Part shown: positions 54,425 to 63,999 of the stretch, in pieces
How positions within the stretch are numbered: the first letter of the stretch is position 1
Layout: every line of letters starts with the position of its first letter
Program-made: the position numbers and the translations under genes
Origin: Patescibacteria group bacterium
GTDB lineage: Bacteria; Patescibacteriota; Microgenomatia; UBA8517
DNA length: 64,000 nucleotides
Direction of reading: 5' to 3'
NCBI GenBank assembly: GCA_035692185.1
Contig: DASSIE010000028.1
Location: 4,922 to 68,921 of the forward strand
Notes under the pieces: generated by a model
Database searches by the model: none
What the model was told of the DNA's origin: nothing
The model's input: only the letters and a program-made list of their open reading frames with translations

Positions 54425-55387
54425 CTATAAACGTCCTTGCCTTGCTAAATTAACTTCTTTCAACTTTCCCAAAAAAACAGTTTGAGCAGCCGCAACATTT
54501 TCATCTTTTCCAGACCAAACTTTCTGTGGTTCATCCTGAAGTGCTCTTGAATATGAAAAAGAAATTTTCCAAGGGTCACTAACTGCCAAGTCTTCAATCT
54601 TATCCAGGTGGTCCATTGCGTCCCATGAATCTTGTCCCCCAGAAAGAAAAACTATACCTGGAACCTCAGGAGGAACTGACCTTCTTAGTGCTCGTAAAGT
54701 TGCATTTGCAACTTCAAGGGGCAAAGCCTTGACCCCGCTTTCAGGACCGGGGAGAGCCATACTGGTCTTAACAATAATATTTTTAATGTCAACGTCTTCA
54801 ATTTTTAATTTTTCAAAAAGTTTTTTTAGAGTTTCGTCCAGTGTTTCACTGCACCTTGTGGTTGTATGGTTCCCGTCCAGTAGAACTTCTGGCTCAACTA
54901 TTGGAACCATATTGTTTTGTTGGGAAATTTTGGCAAATTTTGCCATTCTTGTTAAATTTTCCTCATAAAAATCCTTGGAAGGGTACTTGTCTGTAATTTT
55001 AAACACACCCCTCCATTTGGTAAATTTAAGACCCATCTGGGAATATTCTTTAAGCCGTGCGTCTAGCCCATCAAGCCCTTTAGTAACTTGTTCTTCCGTC
55101 CCGTTAAACGGCTCAAGTCCTCCATCTACTTTAATGCCAGGAATAATTCCTTTTGCTTCCAAAATTTTATTTAATCCTTGGCGAACAGATTCATCATATA
55201 AAATTACTCCGCTGATATAATTTTCTAGTTCTGGGGTTGTAAAAAGCATTTCTCTGTATTTTTTATTTAGTTCCGGAGTTGAGGTTAATCCTAACGCCAA
55301 AAAGCGTTTAGTGATTGTTTTTGTAGATTCATCGGCCGCGAGTATTCCTTTACCGGCCGTAAGTAGTTTTTGAATAGTTTCTTGCAT
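54425..55387 (-). CDS. Fructose-bisphosphate aldolase class I
   Basis: GKGILAADES, GIKVD, FTKWR, VPIVEPEV, FLSGGQ, FSYSRALQ. Confidence 0.95.
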   Translation of the reverse strand: MQETIQKLLTAGKGILAADESTKTITKRFLALGLTSTPELNKKYREMLFTTPELENYISGVILYDESVRQGLNKILEAKGIIPGIKVDGGLEPFNGTEEQVTKGLDGLDARLKEYSQMGLKFTKWRGVFKITDKYPSKDFYEENLTRMAKFAKISQQNNMVPIVEPEVLLDGNHTTTRCSETLDETLKKLFEKLKIEDVDIKNIIVKTSMALPGPESGVKALPLEVANATLRALRRSVPPEVPGIVFLSGGQDSWDAMDHLDKIEDLAVSDPWKISFSYSRALQDEPQKVWSGKDENVAAAQTVFLGKLKEVNLARQGRL

Positions 55388-55454
55388 GGCAGTACATAGT
55401 CAGTCTATCAGTTAGCGGTTCATGAGTTCAACAGTCATGTTATACTTTTATTGT

Positions 55455-56507
55455 ATGGACCCCATTAACCCAACAGTCCCAGAAATCCAAATGGCCCAAG
55501 AACCTGTTGTCTCTGACCAGATTCCAGATTCTGATTCCAAAATTCCAGCTGATAGCCACTGGGTAACAATTGCCAGTATGGCTGTTTTTGTTTTACTTTC
55601 CCTCGGCGCTGTTGCCTTTTTGTATTACCAAAACCAACAACTTAAAAGTATGTTGGCAAGTTATCAGACTCCAGTCGCTTCCCCCACTCCTGTCGCGACT
55701 ATTGATCCAACCGCAAATTGGAAAACATATACAGATGCAAAAAAGACATTTTCCTTCAAGTATCCTGCATCACTACAATTGAAAACATTTGAAGATGGTT
55801 CTTTAATTTTAACAGCCACTGATGGGCCAGACAAAATTATTCACGAATTTCGTGTGAACAACTACACGATTTCCACAAGCACGACATTGTATCAATTTAT
55901 CTACGAGGGTGGCGTCGGCGACAATTATGGCAAAGGTTATCTCAATGCCAACAATGTTTCCTTAACATTTAAGGACGTTAGCAAAAACTCCTCTTACAAA
56001 ATATGGGAACCTTCTTCATGGCCGTCGGCAAATGGCATTCTTATTAACTTTATTCAAAACAATAATCAATTAATCTGGTTTAGTTTAGAAGGCTACAATC
56101 CTGGTGGAACTCCCATTCCTTACGAAAAAGAGAACGTTCAAATTTATAATCAAATCCTCTCCACTTTCAAATTCACCGATCAAATTTCAGACACTCCAAC
56201 AGTCACCTCTCCTGCTGCAAACACAAAAATTAGTAGCCCATTAACAATTACTGGAACCGTGCCAACTGGTTGGATGTTTGAAGGAAGTTTTCCAATTAGA
56301 TTAGTTGATTCAACAAGAACCTTAGTTGCCCAGGGAACTGCAAAAGAAGTTACGCCTGGTTCTTGGCAAAGCGGAAAACCTGTAGCATTTTCTGTAACCT
56401 TACCATTTTCCACAACCGATTCCACTGGATTTTTAATCCTAACGAACGATAATCCAAGCGGGGACCCAGCAAACTCAAAAACTTTTGAGGTTCCCGTAAA
56501 ATATTAA
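55455..56507 (+). CDS. Membrane-anchored surface protein (PsbP-like domain plus Gmad2 Ig-like domain)
   Basis: TM helix, WKTY...FSFKYP...QILSTFKF, then ISSPLTITG...WMFEGSFP...DNPSG. Start set to ATG 55455. Confidence 0.7.
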   Translation: MDPINPTVPEIQMAQEPVVSDQIPDSDSKIPADSHWVTIASMAVFVLLSLGAVAFLYYQNQQLKSMLASYQTPVASPTPVATIDPTANWKTYTDAKKTFSFKYPASLQLKTFEDGSLILTATDGPDKIIHEFRVNNYTISTSTTLYQFIYEGGVGDNYGKGYLNANNVSLTFKDVSKNSSYKIWEPSSWPSANGILINFIQNNNQLIWFSLEGYNPGGTPIPYEKENVQIYNQILSTFKFTDQISDTPTVTSPAANTKISSPLTITGTVPTGWMFEGSFPIRLVDSTRTLVAQGTAKEVTPGSWQSGKPVAFSVTLPFSTTDSTGFLILTNDNPSGDPANSKTFEVPVKY

Positions 56508-56510
56508 TAA

Positions 56511-56642
56511 ATGGAAAGAAAGGCTGAAATTGTAGTTTTTTTGATCTTAGCCGTTATTTTTATTACGGTTGGCTACCTGGCATTTAAAAAATATTCACCC
56601 AAAATAGACAGTGTTTTGCCTACTCCAGTTGTTGTTCGTTAA
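56511..56642 (+). CDS. 43-aa single-TM protein (not in ORF track)
   Basis: MERKAEIVVFLILAVIFITVGYLAFKKYSPKIDSVLPTPVVVR*; starts 3 nt after the previous stop. Confidence 0.5.
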   Translation: MERKAEIVVFLILAVIFITVGYLAFKKYSPKIDSVLPTPVVVR

Positions 56643-57586
56643 GTGTTTTTACGGTGAAGAACTTTTTTTATAGCCTCATTAATTTTTTCTTTAGTTAAAC
56701 CAAATTTATGCCACAACCCCTGATATGTTTTTGCTGATTCCCCAAAACTATCCTGTACCCCAACAAATTCAATTGGAACTGGGAAGTTACGAGCAAGCAC
56801 CTCGGCTACGGCACTGCCCATTCCCCCCATAACTTGATGTTCCTCAACTGTAACAACTGCTCCGGTTATTTTTGCATAATGAACTAATGTTTGTTCGTCT
56901 AATGGTTTAATTGTATGCAAGTTAATTACAACCACACCAATTCCGCTTTCTTCGAGTGTTTTTGCGGCTTCCAATGCTTCGGGGAGAATCGGCCCGGTCC
57001 CAACAATAGTTACTTTTGGGTTTTTGTTTTCGTGCAAAATGTTGGCCTTACCTATCTCAAACTTAGAATCTATTTTTGTAAACACTGGCGAATCTTGCCT
57101 CGAAAGCCTTAAATAAGTTGGTTTTCCATTGTTAGCTACCGCCATTGTAGCTTTTTTAGCTTCCTCGTAGTCACAGGGGCTAACCACCACCATATTTGGA
57201 ATTACTCGCATTAGGGCAATATCTTCCAGCGATTCATGAGTTGCTCCGTACATCGAAGCCCCAAACCCGGCATGAGCACCGATTATTTTTACAGGAAGAT
57301 CATTAAGGGCAACCGTAACTTTGATCTGCTCAAATGTTCTGCCCGGCGAGAAAACCGCATAGGAAGTTGTAAATGGAATTTTCCCGGCTTCCGCCATCCC
57401 AGCAGCGACAGTAACAAGCCCCTGTTCCGCAACTCCAACTTGAAAAAATCTGTCGGGAAATTTATCGGCAAATTGTTTTACCCGAGTAGAGTCAGCCAAA
57501 TCCGCCGTAAGGACAACAATATCTTTGTTTGTTTCCCCAAGTTCAACTAATGCTTCTCCAAATCCATCCCTAATTGATTTCATCAT
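56639..57586 (-). CDS. Transketolase C-terminal subunit
   Basis: ADLADST, GVAEQ, GATHE..ED, VEEH...GGMGSAV. Confidence 0.93.
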   Translation of the reverse strand: MMKSIRDGFGEALVELGETNKDIVVLTADLADSTRVKQFADKFPDRFFQVGVAEQGLVTVAAGMAEAGKIPFTTSYAVFSPGRTFEQIKVTVALNDLPVKIIGAHAGFGASMYGATHESLEDIALMRVIPNMVVVSPCDYEEAKKATMAVANNGKPTYLRLSRQDSPVFTKIDSKFEIGKANILHENKNPKVTIVGTGPILPEALEAAKTLEESGIGVVVINLHTIKPLDEQTLVHYAKITGAVVTVEEHQVMGGMGSAVAEVLARNFPVPIEFVGVQDSFGESAKTYQGLWHKFGLTKEKINEAIKKVLHRKNT

Positions 57587-58359
57587 TTAAGTTCCTCCAT
57601 AGCTTTTTTATATTCCACTTCGTTTGGCGCCTTTGCATGCCAATCTGGATCATTTTCCATATAAGAAACTCCTTTACCAAAAAGTGTATTTGCAACAATT
57701 ACTGTTGGGGCTTCTACTTCTTCCTTGGCCGTCTCGACTGACCTTATAATTTCGTTGAAATCATGCCCGTCAATTTCCATAACTTTCCAACCAAAAGATC
57801 TATACCTACCTATCAAATTCCCCAGTGGCATTATCTCCTCCACCGTTCCTTCTATTTGGATTCTGTTTCGATCAATAAACTGTATTAAATTATTTAGGTT
57901 ATATTTGGCGGCAAACATTACCGCCTCCCAGTGGTTTCCCTCGTCGTGTTCTGCATCACTGGTCATGCAATAGATATGTGAATCCTTTTTAATCGCAGCA
58001 TAACCTGAGGCTTGAGCTAACCCCAAACCAAGTGGGCCAGAAGTATTCATGATTCCTTTTAATTTGGTTCTTTCTGGGTGGCCCTGGAGAGGAGAGTTGA
58101 GAGTTGTGTAAGAATCCAAAAGTGATTTTTCTATCATTCCCTTTTCCGCCATCACTGCATAAAGTGCGGGACAAACATGTCCATTGGAAAGAAAAAAAAC
58201 GTCATCATCTTTTAATATTTCAAAATATATTGCCACTAAAATTTCGGTGGCACTGAGAGATCCACCCGGGTGGCCACTCCCCGCCTTGTAAATCATATCG
58301 ATGATGTCCTTTCGTACCTGAAGCGCTACCTTTTTTAATTCGTTAGTTGTATGGTTCAT
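57583..58359 (-). CDS. Transketolase N-terminal subunit
   Basis: SGHPGGSLS, LSNGH, LQGHP, SGPLG.G, DAEHDEG..WEA, WH.KAP. Confidence 0.93.
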   Translation of the reverse strand: MNHTTNELKKVALQVRKDIIDMIYKAGSGHPGGSLSATEILVAIYFEILKDDDVFFLSNGHVCPALYAVMAEKGMIEKSLLDSYTTLNSPLQGHPERTKLKGIMNTSGPLGLGLAQASGYAAIKKDSHIYCMTSDAEHDEGNHWEAVMFAAKYNLNNLIQFIDRNRIQIEGTVEEIMPLGNLIGRYRSFGWKVMEIDGHDFNEIIRSVETAKEEVEAPTVIVANTLFGKGVSYMENDPDWHAKAPNEVEYKKAMEELK

Positions 58360-58361
58360 TT

Positions 58362-58396
58362 CTAGTTACTAGCTACTAGATTCTAGATACTAGTTA
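58362..58396. repeat. CTAGNNN heptamer array at a stop/start junction
   Basis: ctagtta ctagcta ctagatt ctagata ctagtta. Confidence 0.85.
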
Positions 58397-59038
58397 TTTT
58401 GTGAAAGCTTTGTCATATTCATCATCTTTTCCATACTCATCTTTATTTCTGCTCGAAATTTTTGTCTCAAATTTCTTGATCGTTGCCAAAACCTCTTCTT
58501 TAGTCCTGCAAATTTCAAAAACAGCCATCTCTTTTGCGTCTATATACATGTTTTTCTTTAAAACATCTATTATCTCTATCCAAAAATCTCCAAAAAGTAT
58601 AAATGGTTTATGGTGACCATAATAAAGTTTTGCTAAAACCCATGCAGTTCCAAATTCACTTATGGTGCCACTTCCACCTTTAAAAATTAAGAAAACATCA
58701 CTGTTTTCCATTAGTTTAAACATGCGTTCAATATAATTTGTAGTAACTATTTCCTCGTCTGTAACGTTACCTATATATTTGCCTTCAAACCCTGGGGCAT
58801 TTGTTGGATCAAATGTAACACTGACTGTTTTTCCGTTTACTTTTTCAGCCCCACTAGTTGCAGCCTCCATTACCCCCGGCCCACCGCCATCCACAATGAC
58901 ATAACCTTCTTTTGCTAAAAGCTCTGCTGTATCAAATGCAGCTTTATAAGTTTCGTCGGCTTCACTTATATCAGCATCGCCAAAGAAAGCGATGTTTTTA
59001 ATAATCTTGTGCCCTGCATATTTTGTATCTTCTCCCAT
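58394..59038 (-). CDS. LOG family (nucleotide phosphoribohydrolase-like) protein
   Basis: GGGPGVMEA, GGSGTISE, KPFIL. Confidence 0.88.
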   Translation of the reverse strand: MGEDTKYAGHKIIKNIAFFGDADISEADETYKAAFDTAELLAKEGYVIVDGGGPGVMEAATSGAEKVNGKTVSVTFDPTNAPGFEGKYIGNVTDEEIVTTNYIERMFKLMENSDVFLIFKGGSGTISEFGTAWVLAKLYYGHHKPFILFGDFWIEIIDVLKKNMYIDAKEMAVFEICRTKEEVLATIKKFETKISSRNKDEYGKDDEYDKAFTK

Positions 59039-59042
59039 ACAA

Positions 59043-59070
59043 TTAGAATCTAGATTCTAGTATCTAGTTA
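59043..59070. repeat. CTAGNNN heptamer array at a stop/start junction
   Basis: ttagaat ctagatt ctagtat ctagtta. Confidence 0.8.
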
Positions 59071-60183
59071 CTGCTTAAATGACATTGTGATCGGATCTGT
59101 AGGAATTTTAGAACTCTCAAGAGTCCGACCCACTCGTATAACCTGTTCAACAAGCCGATTAGCATATCCCCACTCGTTGTCGTACCATGCAAAAACTTTA
59201 ACCATATTCCCCGCAACTACCTGCGTTAAAGGCAAATCAACGATTGCTGATTCGCTTCTGCCGATGATGTCGGAGGAAACTAAATTTCCCTCAGAAATTG
59301 CCAATATACCCTTATATAGGGGATTTTTTACTGCCTTTTTAAAAGCCTCGTTTACCTCTTCTTTTGTAACATTTTTCTTGAGAAGAACTGTAAAGTCAGT
59401 AATAGACCCCGTTGCAGTTGGAACTCTTAAACTCATCCCGTCGAATAGTCCTTTGAGTTCTGGAATGGTTTCGGTGGTCGCAATTGCAGCCCCTGTACTC
59501 GTAGGAATTATATTTTCTGCCGCCGCTCTTGCACGTCGCAAATCTTTGTGGGAACTATCTTGCAAATTTTGGTCATCGGTATAACTGTGAACCGTTGTCA
59601 TCATCGCTTTTTCTATTCCAAAGGCGGAATGCAAAACCGCAGCAACTGGGGCAACACAGTTTGTAGTACAACTGGCGTTACTTATTACCATTCCCTGTGG
59701 TTCTTTTCCCTCACTCTCATTTACCCCCAAAACATATGTTCCAACGTTTCCGCCTTTAGCAGGAGCCGAAATTACGACACGTTTAGCTCCCCCTACTGCA
59801 TGTTTCATTGCGCCTTCGCTATCCGTAAACTTTCCGGTTGCTTCAATCACCACGTCCACTCCATATTTCCCCCAGGGAATCTTAGCAGGATCTTTTTGTG
59901 CAAGAAGTGGAACCTTAATATCTTTTTCGGAAATCATTAAGTTTCCAATTAAAGGGTCCTCATCTGTGGCTTGGTCAGGAGCATTTAGCTCTTCACTCTG
60001 CACTTTTAGCTCAAACTCACGGTACATTGTATCGTAATTGGTTAAGTGAGCCCAACCTGCCGAGTCCATACTTCCTGAAGTATTAATCGCACCAAACTGG
60101 AGCTCACCTGCATGCTTAAGAGTACCTATTCTAAAAGCAAGTCTCCCAATCCTTCCGAAACCATTGATTCCAACCTTTACCAT
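59068..60183 (-). CDS. gap: Glyceraldehyde-3-phosphate dehydrogenase
   Basis: INGFGRIGR, SNASCTTNC, RVPT..GS, WYDNEWGY. Confidence 0.97.
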   Translation of the reverse strand: MVKVGINGFGRIGRLAFRIGTLKHAGELQFGAINTSGSMDSAGWAHLTNYDTMYREFELKVQSEELNAPDQATDEDPLIGNLMISEKDIKVPLLAQKDPAKIPWGKYGVDVVIEATGKFTDSEGAMKHAVGGAKRVVISAPAKGGNVGTYVLGVNESEGKEPQGMVISNASCTTNCVAPVAAVLHSAFGIEKAMMTTVHSYTDDQNLQDSSHKDLRRARAAAENIIPTSTGAAIATTETIPELKGLFDGMSLRVPTATGSITDFTVLLKKNVTKEEVNEAFKKAVKNPLYKGILAISEGNLVSSDIIGRSESAIVDLPLTQVVAGNMVKVFAWYDNEWGYANRLVEQVIRVGRTLESSKIPTDPITMSFKQ

Positions 60184-60295
60184 GATCTGTGTTTATTTAT
60201 GAAGCTCATGGCAAGTTTGTCTTTAGCGAAACCAAAGCACCTTCACCATACGAGCAGTTCTTCATTTTATATCTTTAAGAGGCTACAATTCAATC

Positions 60296-60889
60296 ATGTA
60301 TTTAATTAGCTCTTGGTTTTTAATTTGGTTTGCATCATGGAGTCTTTTTACATTTAAAGTCAGGTGGTTATTTAAACAATCCCCTAGTAAAGCGTATGTC
60401 ATCAGAGGGGGGTATTTTATTTCACTATTTGTATTTATATATGTTTACTATTATCAACTTATAAGCCCTTTTACTTCACAACTTATTGGGGCAACCATTA
60501 TTTCTATTCTTATTGGTTTGTGGATTAGATTTAACAGAACTTTATATATAAATGTCAAAAAAGATAAAGACTTTTTTGCTTGGCAAGCATTTAACGTGCT
60601 GTTCCAACAGGCCATGATATTAATTGGTATTTTAATGTTAAGAATAATATTTAAAGAAAATTACCAAAATTATCATTTCGGGATCATATTTTTCCTTGGG
60701 CATTTGCCAATATTATTTTTGCCTTGGGCAAAGTTAAAAACTATCTATATTTTTTATTCATTATTTGCAGGGATTATTTTTAGTTACTTAATAAACAATT
60801 ATCATTACGGGTTAGTGATTAGCTTCGTGCTACACTACTTAGCATATGTCTTGTTAATTTATTATGTTAAAGATGAAGAAAAAATATAG
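60296..60889 (+). CDS. Multi-pass membrane protein (degenerate CPBP-like)
   Basis: About seven hydrophobic segments; FFLGH and LHY motifs; start uncertain. Confidence 0.55.
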   Translation: MYLISSWFLIWFASWSLFTFKVRWLFKQSPSKAYVIRGGYFISLFVFIYVYYYQLISPFTSQLIGATIISILIGLWIRFNRTLYINVKKDKDFFAWQAFNVLFQQAMILIGILMLRIIFKENYQNYHFGIIFFLGHLPILFLPWAKLKTIYIFYSLFAGIIFSYLINNYHYGLVISFVLHYLAYVLLIYYVKDEEKI

Positions 60890-62002
60890 TTGGCTATGAT
60901 AAAAGTTAATTCAACAGACCTTAAAAACTTATTAAATACTGGTTGGCAATCATGGAGTACTAAAACTATTGAAAAGGCATTGTTTAAGTTACCAACATTT
61001 AACTACTCACCGATTGATATTAACCAAACAAATCTTAGTGAGATTTCAATTCCAAAGTTTCTAAAAAAGCCTGTTACGGGATGGTGTTCGTGGTATGCAT
61101 ATGGATGGGACATAAACGAGACAAAAATACTTAAGCAAGCTGAATGGATTTCTAAGAATAAACAATTACCTCTCAAATACATACTGATCGACGGCGGTTG
61201 GTGCACATGGGGAGATTGGCTAGACGAAGACAATAGAAGATTTCCGAATGGCCTCAAGACAACTGTTAAAAAAATAAAAGATCTTGGGTTGTCAGCTGGC
61301 ATTTGGGTAGCGCCATTTCTAATCCATCCGCGTTCAAATGTTGCAAAAAATAACCCCAACTGGCTTGTAAGAAAAAATGGCAAATTAGTTGATGGATTAA
61401 AGCTAACACCGTGGAACTTGCCCATGAAATTCAAGAGGTGGATACTTGATATCAAAAATCCTGAGGTTCAAGAATACTTATCTAAAGCTATTGAATATCT
61501 CGTTCATGAATGTGGCGTTGAACTTTTGAAGCTAGACTTCCTTTATGGAATATATTTTAACCCAAACTTTGAAGCAAAAGAGGCAGACATGCATTTGCGA
61601 AGATTTCTATTGAAAATCAAGGATAAATACCCTCAAGTTTATACAATCGGATGTGGTTGTCCCCTCATACCCGCAGTTGGCGCTGTTGACTCAATGAGAA
61701 TTGGACCTGACTCAATAGTTAGCCCATTTCTCAAATTTAATTCAATTGTGAGAATTGTTGATAGATATATTTTTGGATATACAATAAAAACTCTTGAGAG
61801 TAGAATTTGGACAAAAGACTTCTGGAATGTAGACCTTGATTCTTTTGTCTGCCGCAAACTATCAGGACTTTCTGAAAACCAAATTCTGAAACATCGATCA
61901 TTAATAAAAATGTCAGGGGGTAATACATTCCTAGGAGATGATTTAACTAAACTGCCCAAAAAACGTCTTAACAAATATATAATACCTTTGTTTGCAAAAT
62001 GA
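60890..62002 (+). CDS. Glycoside hydrolase, GH36/alpha-galactosidase-like
   Basis: GWCSWY, IDGGW...GDW...RFPNGL, GIWVAPF, LKLDF, MRIGPD. Confidence 0.85.
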   Translation: MAMIKVNSTDLKNLLNTGWQSWSTKTIEKALFKLPTFNYSPIDINQTNLSEISIPKFLKKPVTGWCSWYAYGWDINETKILKQAEWISKNKQLPLKYILIDGGWCTWGDWLDEDNRRFPNGLKTTVKKIKDLGLSAGIWVAPFLIHPRSNVAKNNPNWLVRKNGKLVDGLKLTPWNLPMKFKRWILDIKNPEVQEYLSKAIEYLVHECGVELLKLDFLYGIYFNPNFEAKEADMHLRRFLLKIKDKYPQVYTIGCGCPLIPAVGAVDSMRIGPDSIVSPFLKFNSIVRIVDRYIFGYTIKTLESRIWTKDFWNVDLDSFVCRKLSGLSENQILKHRSLIKMSGGNTFLGDDLTKLPKKRLNKYIIPLFAK

Positions 62003-62859
62003 ATAATAACAATTTAACAGTTATCATTCCCACTTTAAATGAGGCTAAAAATCTACCCTACCTACTTAAGGACCTTTCAAATCAAACGTTCAAAAACTTT
62101 AGGGTAATTATTGTTGATGGTAATTCAGAAGACAATACTGTAAAAACTGCCTTAAAATACAGGGAGAAGAAATTAAGTATAAGTATTGTCCTTTCTTCAA
62201 AACGAAACGTATCTTTTCAACGCAATTTAGGAGCTAAAAAATCAAAGAGTGATTGGATTGTATTTATGGATGCAGACAATCGAATCCCAAGCTTTTATTT
62301 ACAAGGTTTAGTATTTTATTCTGAAATGCTTGATATTGATTTTATATCCAGTTGGATCGATCCAGATACGAATTCTACTATCGATAAAGCAACTGCAAAC
62401 ATTATTAATGTAATCATGGATATAAGCAAAAACACGCCCAATCCATATATATTAGAGTCAATGATTCTTGCTAAAAAAGATTCTTTTCTAAAACTCAACG
62501 GGTTTGATGAAACAATCCATTGGCACGAAGGTGGGGATCTTCTACGAAGGGCTAGAGGGAAAAGAATGAAATTTGATTTTATTAAAAACCCAAAATATAA
62601 ATATTCGTTTAGAAGACTTAGGAAAAGCGGAAAATTTTCGGTGCTTCAAAAGGTTATTCGCATGGAATTTGGTAGAATGTTAGACAAAAATAAAGCAAAC
62701 GACTTAAATTTATTTTACCCAATGGAAGGCGGGACTTTTTACCAAGTTAACAAGCAAACGAAACAAAAACTGCAAGGAATTGTATCTGAAATGTTCAACA
62801 ATGAAGCTCAAAGTCCAAAACTAAATTGGATTGAAAGACTGATCAAAAAATATATATAA
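61999..62859 (+). CDS. GT2 family glycosyltransferase
   Basis: VIIPTLNE, IIVDGNSED.T, RNLGA, FMDAD, GFDE. Confidence 0.9.
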   Translation: MNNNNLTVIIPTLNEAKNLPYLLKDLSNQTFKNFRVIIVDGNSEDNTVKTALKYREKKLSISIVLSSKRNVSFQRNLGAKKSKSDWIVFMDADNRIPSFYLQGLVFYSEMLDIDFISSWIDPDTNSTIDKATANIINVIMDISKNTPNPYILESMILAKKDSFLKLNGFDETIHWHEGGDLLRRARGKRMKFDFIKNPKYKYSFRRLRKSGKFSVLQKVIRMEFGRMLDKNKANDLNLFYPMEGGTFYQVNKQTKQKLQGIVSEMFNNEAQSPKLNWIERLIKKYI

Positions 62860-62964
62860 ACGCAAATCACTTTCTAGTGGCAAGCAATTCCCAACAGCTA
62901 TATGGCGACGATTGAAAAATTGCCTATCAAGAAAGTTTTTTTTGATCTGCGTTTCTAAATATAC

Positions 62965-63165
62965 TTATTTCTTCTTTTTCTTCATTGTAAGCATTGCGAA
63001 TGCTCCCCAAAGGCCCGAGAGTCCTACAGCTGCATAAACGATCATTACAAGTGTTGGCCATTTTCCAATTAAGCTTCCAACCAAATCAAAATTGAGTACG
63101 GACATAAATCCTACTTCCAAAGCTCCCAAAACTACCAACCATTTGGATAGTGTCTTTAATTTCAT
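62965..63165 (-). CDS. DUF378 family small membrane protein
   Basis: LVVLGAL..G....FDLV..L.G......VY..VGLSG; SD GGGGGTGA. Confidence 0.8.
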   Translation of the reverse strand: MKLKTLSKWLVVLGALEVGFMSVLNFDLVGSLIGKWPTLVMIVYAAVGLSGLWGAFAMLTMKKKKK

Positions 63166-63183
63166 AAAAAATCACCCCCTTCG

Positions 63184-63240
63184 CCCTTCCGAAGCCTCGT
63201 GCGAAGGAGGGTCTCTCCTTTGTCGGGCTACGGCGGGGCA
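63184..63240. repeat. Doublet of AGC...CGAAGG palindromes in inverted orientation
   Basis: cccttccgaagcctcgtgcgaaggaggg followed by cctttgtcgggctacggcgggg. Confidence 0.7.
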
Positions 63241-63279
63241 CAGCCCCCTTTTACTTATTTAACATTACCACTTTTTGTT

Positions 63280-63999
63280 TTAACGAATCAATGCCTCTAT
63301 TCCAGGTAAAGTCTTTTTTGTCAAAAATTCAATCATTGCGCCTCCACCAACACTAACCCAGTCAAAGCTTTGAATCAAATCCAGACTACTAACTACATGC
63401 AAACTATCTCCTCCTCCCACAACTTTGAATGCGGCGGACGTGGCAACTGCTTTGAATATTCTCTCTGTCCCCTGCCTATGACCTGGGTCTTCGTATTTCC
63501 CCAATACCCCAGCGACAACAATTGTCTTTGCTTTAAGAATTTCTTTTTCAAATCTTTCGATTGTGTTTAAGGTTATATCCTCCTTATCCATATTCAGGTT
63601 CCCCACAATTACTTTTTTATCGTCCCCCTGGAGCCTCACACTTTCCAAGGCCGCGTCTCCCAAAAACTCGGGCAATCTTCCCCCAACCAAAACTTTATCA
63701 AAAATATTACTCAAAGGCTCAATCATTTCCAGCTTATCTTTTTTAATTCCGCTTATTAAAACAATAGAAGGGTGAAGTCCTGAGCTTGCCGAAGGATCTA
63801 TAACTTTTGACAAGTTTTCTATCTCTTTTTCAAAATGTAGCCCAATTGCGTGTGGCAGAAGTTTTGGAAGCCCAACTATTGACGCGTGAGCGCGATGGCT
63901 GGAACCGAAAGCATCATTAACATAAACGTCCCCCAAAGATGCTAATTTTTTTGCAAATTCTGGATCGTTACCTTCCTCACCTGGATCGAAACGAAGGTT
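63280..63999 (-). CDS. pgk: Phosphoglycerate kinase (5' truncated by window)
   Basis: Frame is open to the window end: NLRFDPGEEGNDPEFAKKLASLGDVYVNDAFGSSHRAHAS...VGGGDS...VSVGGGA. Confidence 0.95.
   Translation of the reverse strand, partial: NLRFDPGEEGNDPEFAKKLASLGDVYVNDAFGSSHRAHASIVGLPKLLPHAIGLHFEKEIENLSKVIDPSASSGLHPSIVLISGIKKDKLEMIEPLSNIFDKVLVGGRLPEFLGDAALESVRLQGDDKKVIVGNLNMDKEDITLNTIERFEKEILKAKTIVVAGVLGKYEDPGHRQGTERIFKAVATSAAFKVVGGGDSLHVVSSLDLIQSFDWVSVGGGAMIEFLTKKTLPGIEALIR

Noticed and set aside
60211-60240. ctttagcgaa upstream of gap as another palindrome copy
   Set aside because: Only part of the core matches and there is no closing stem.
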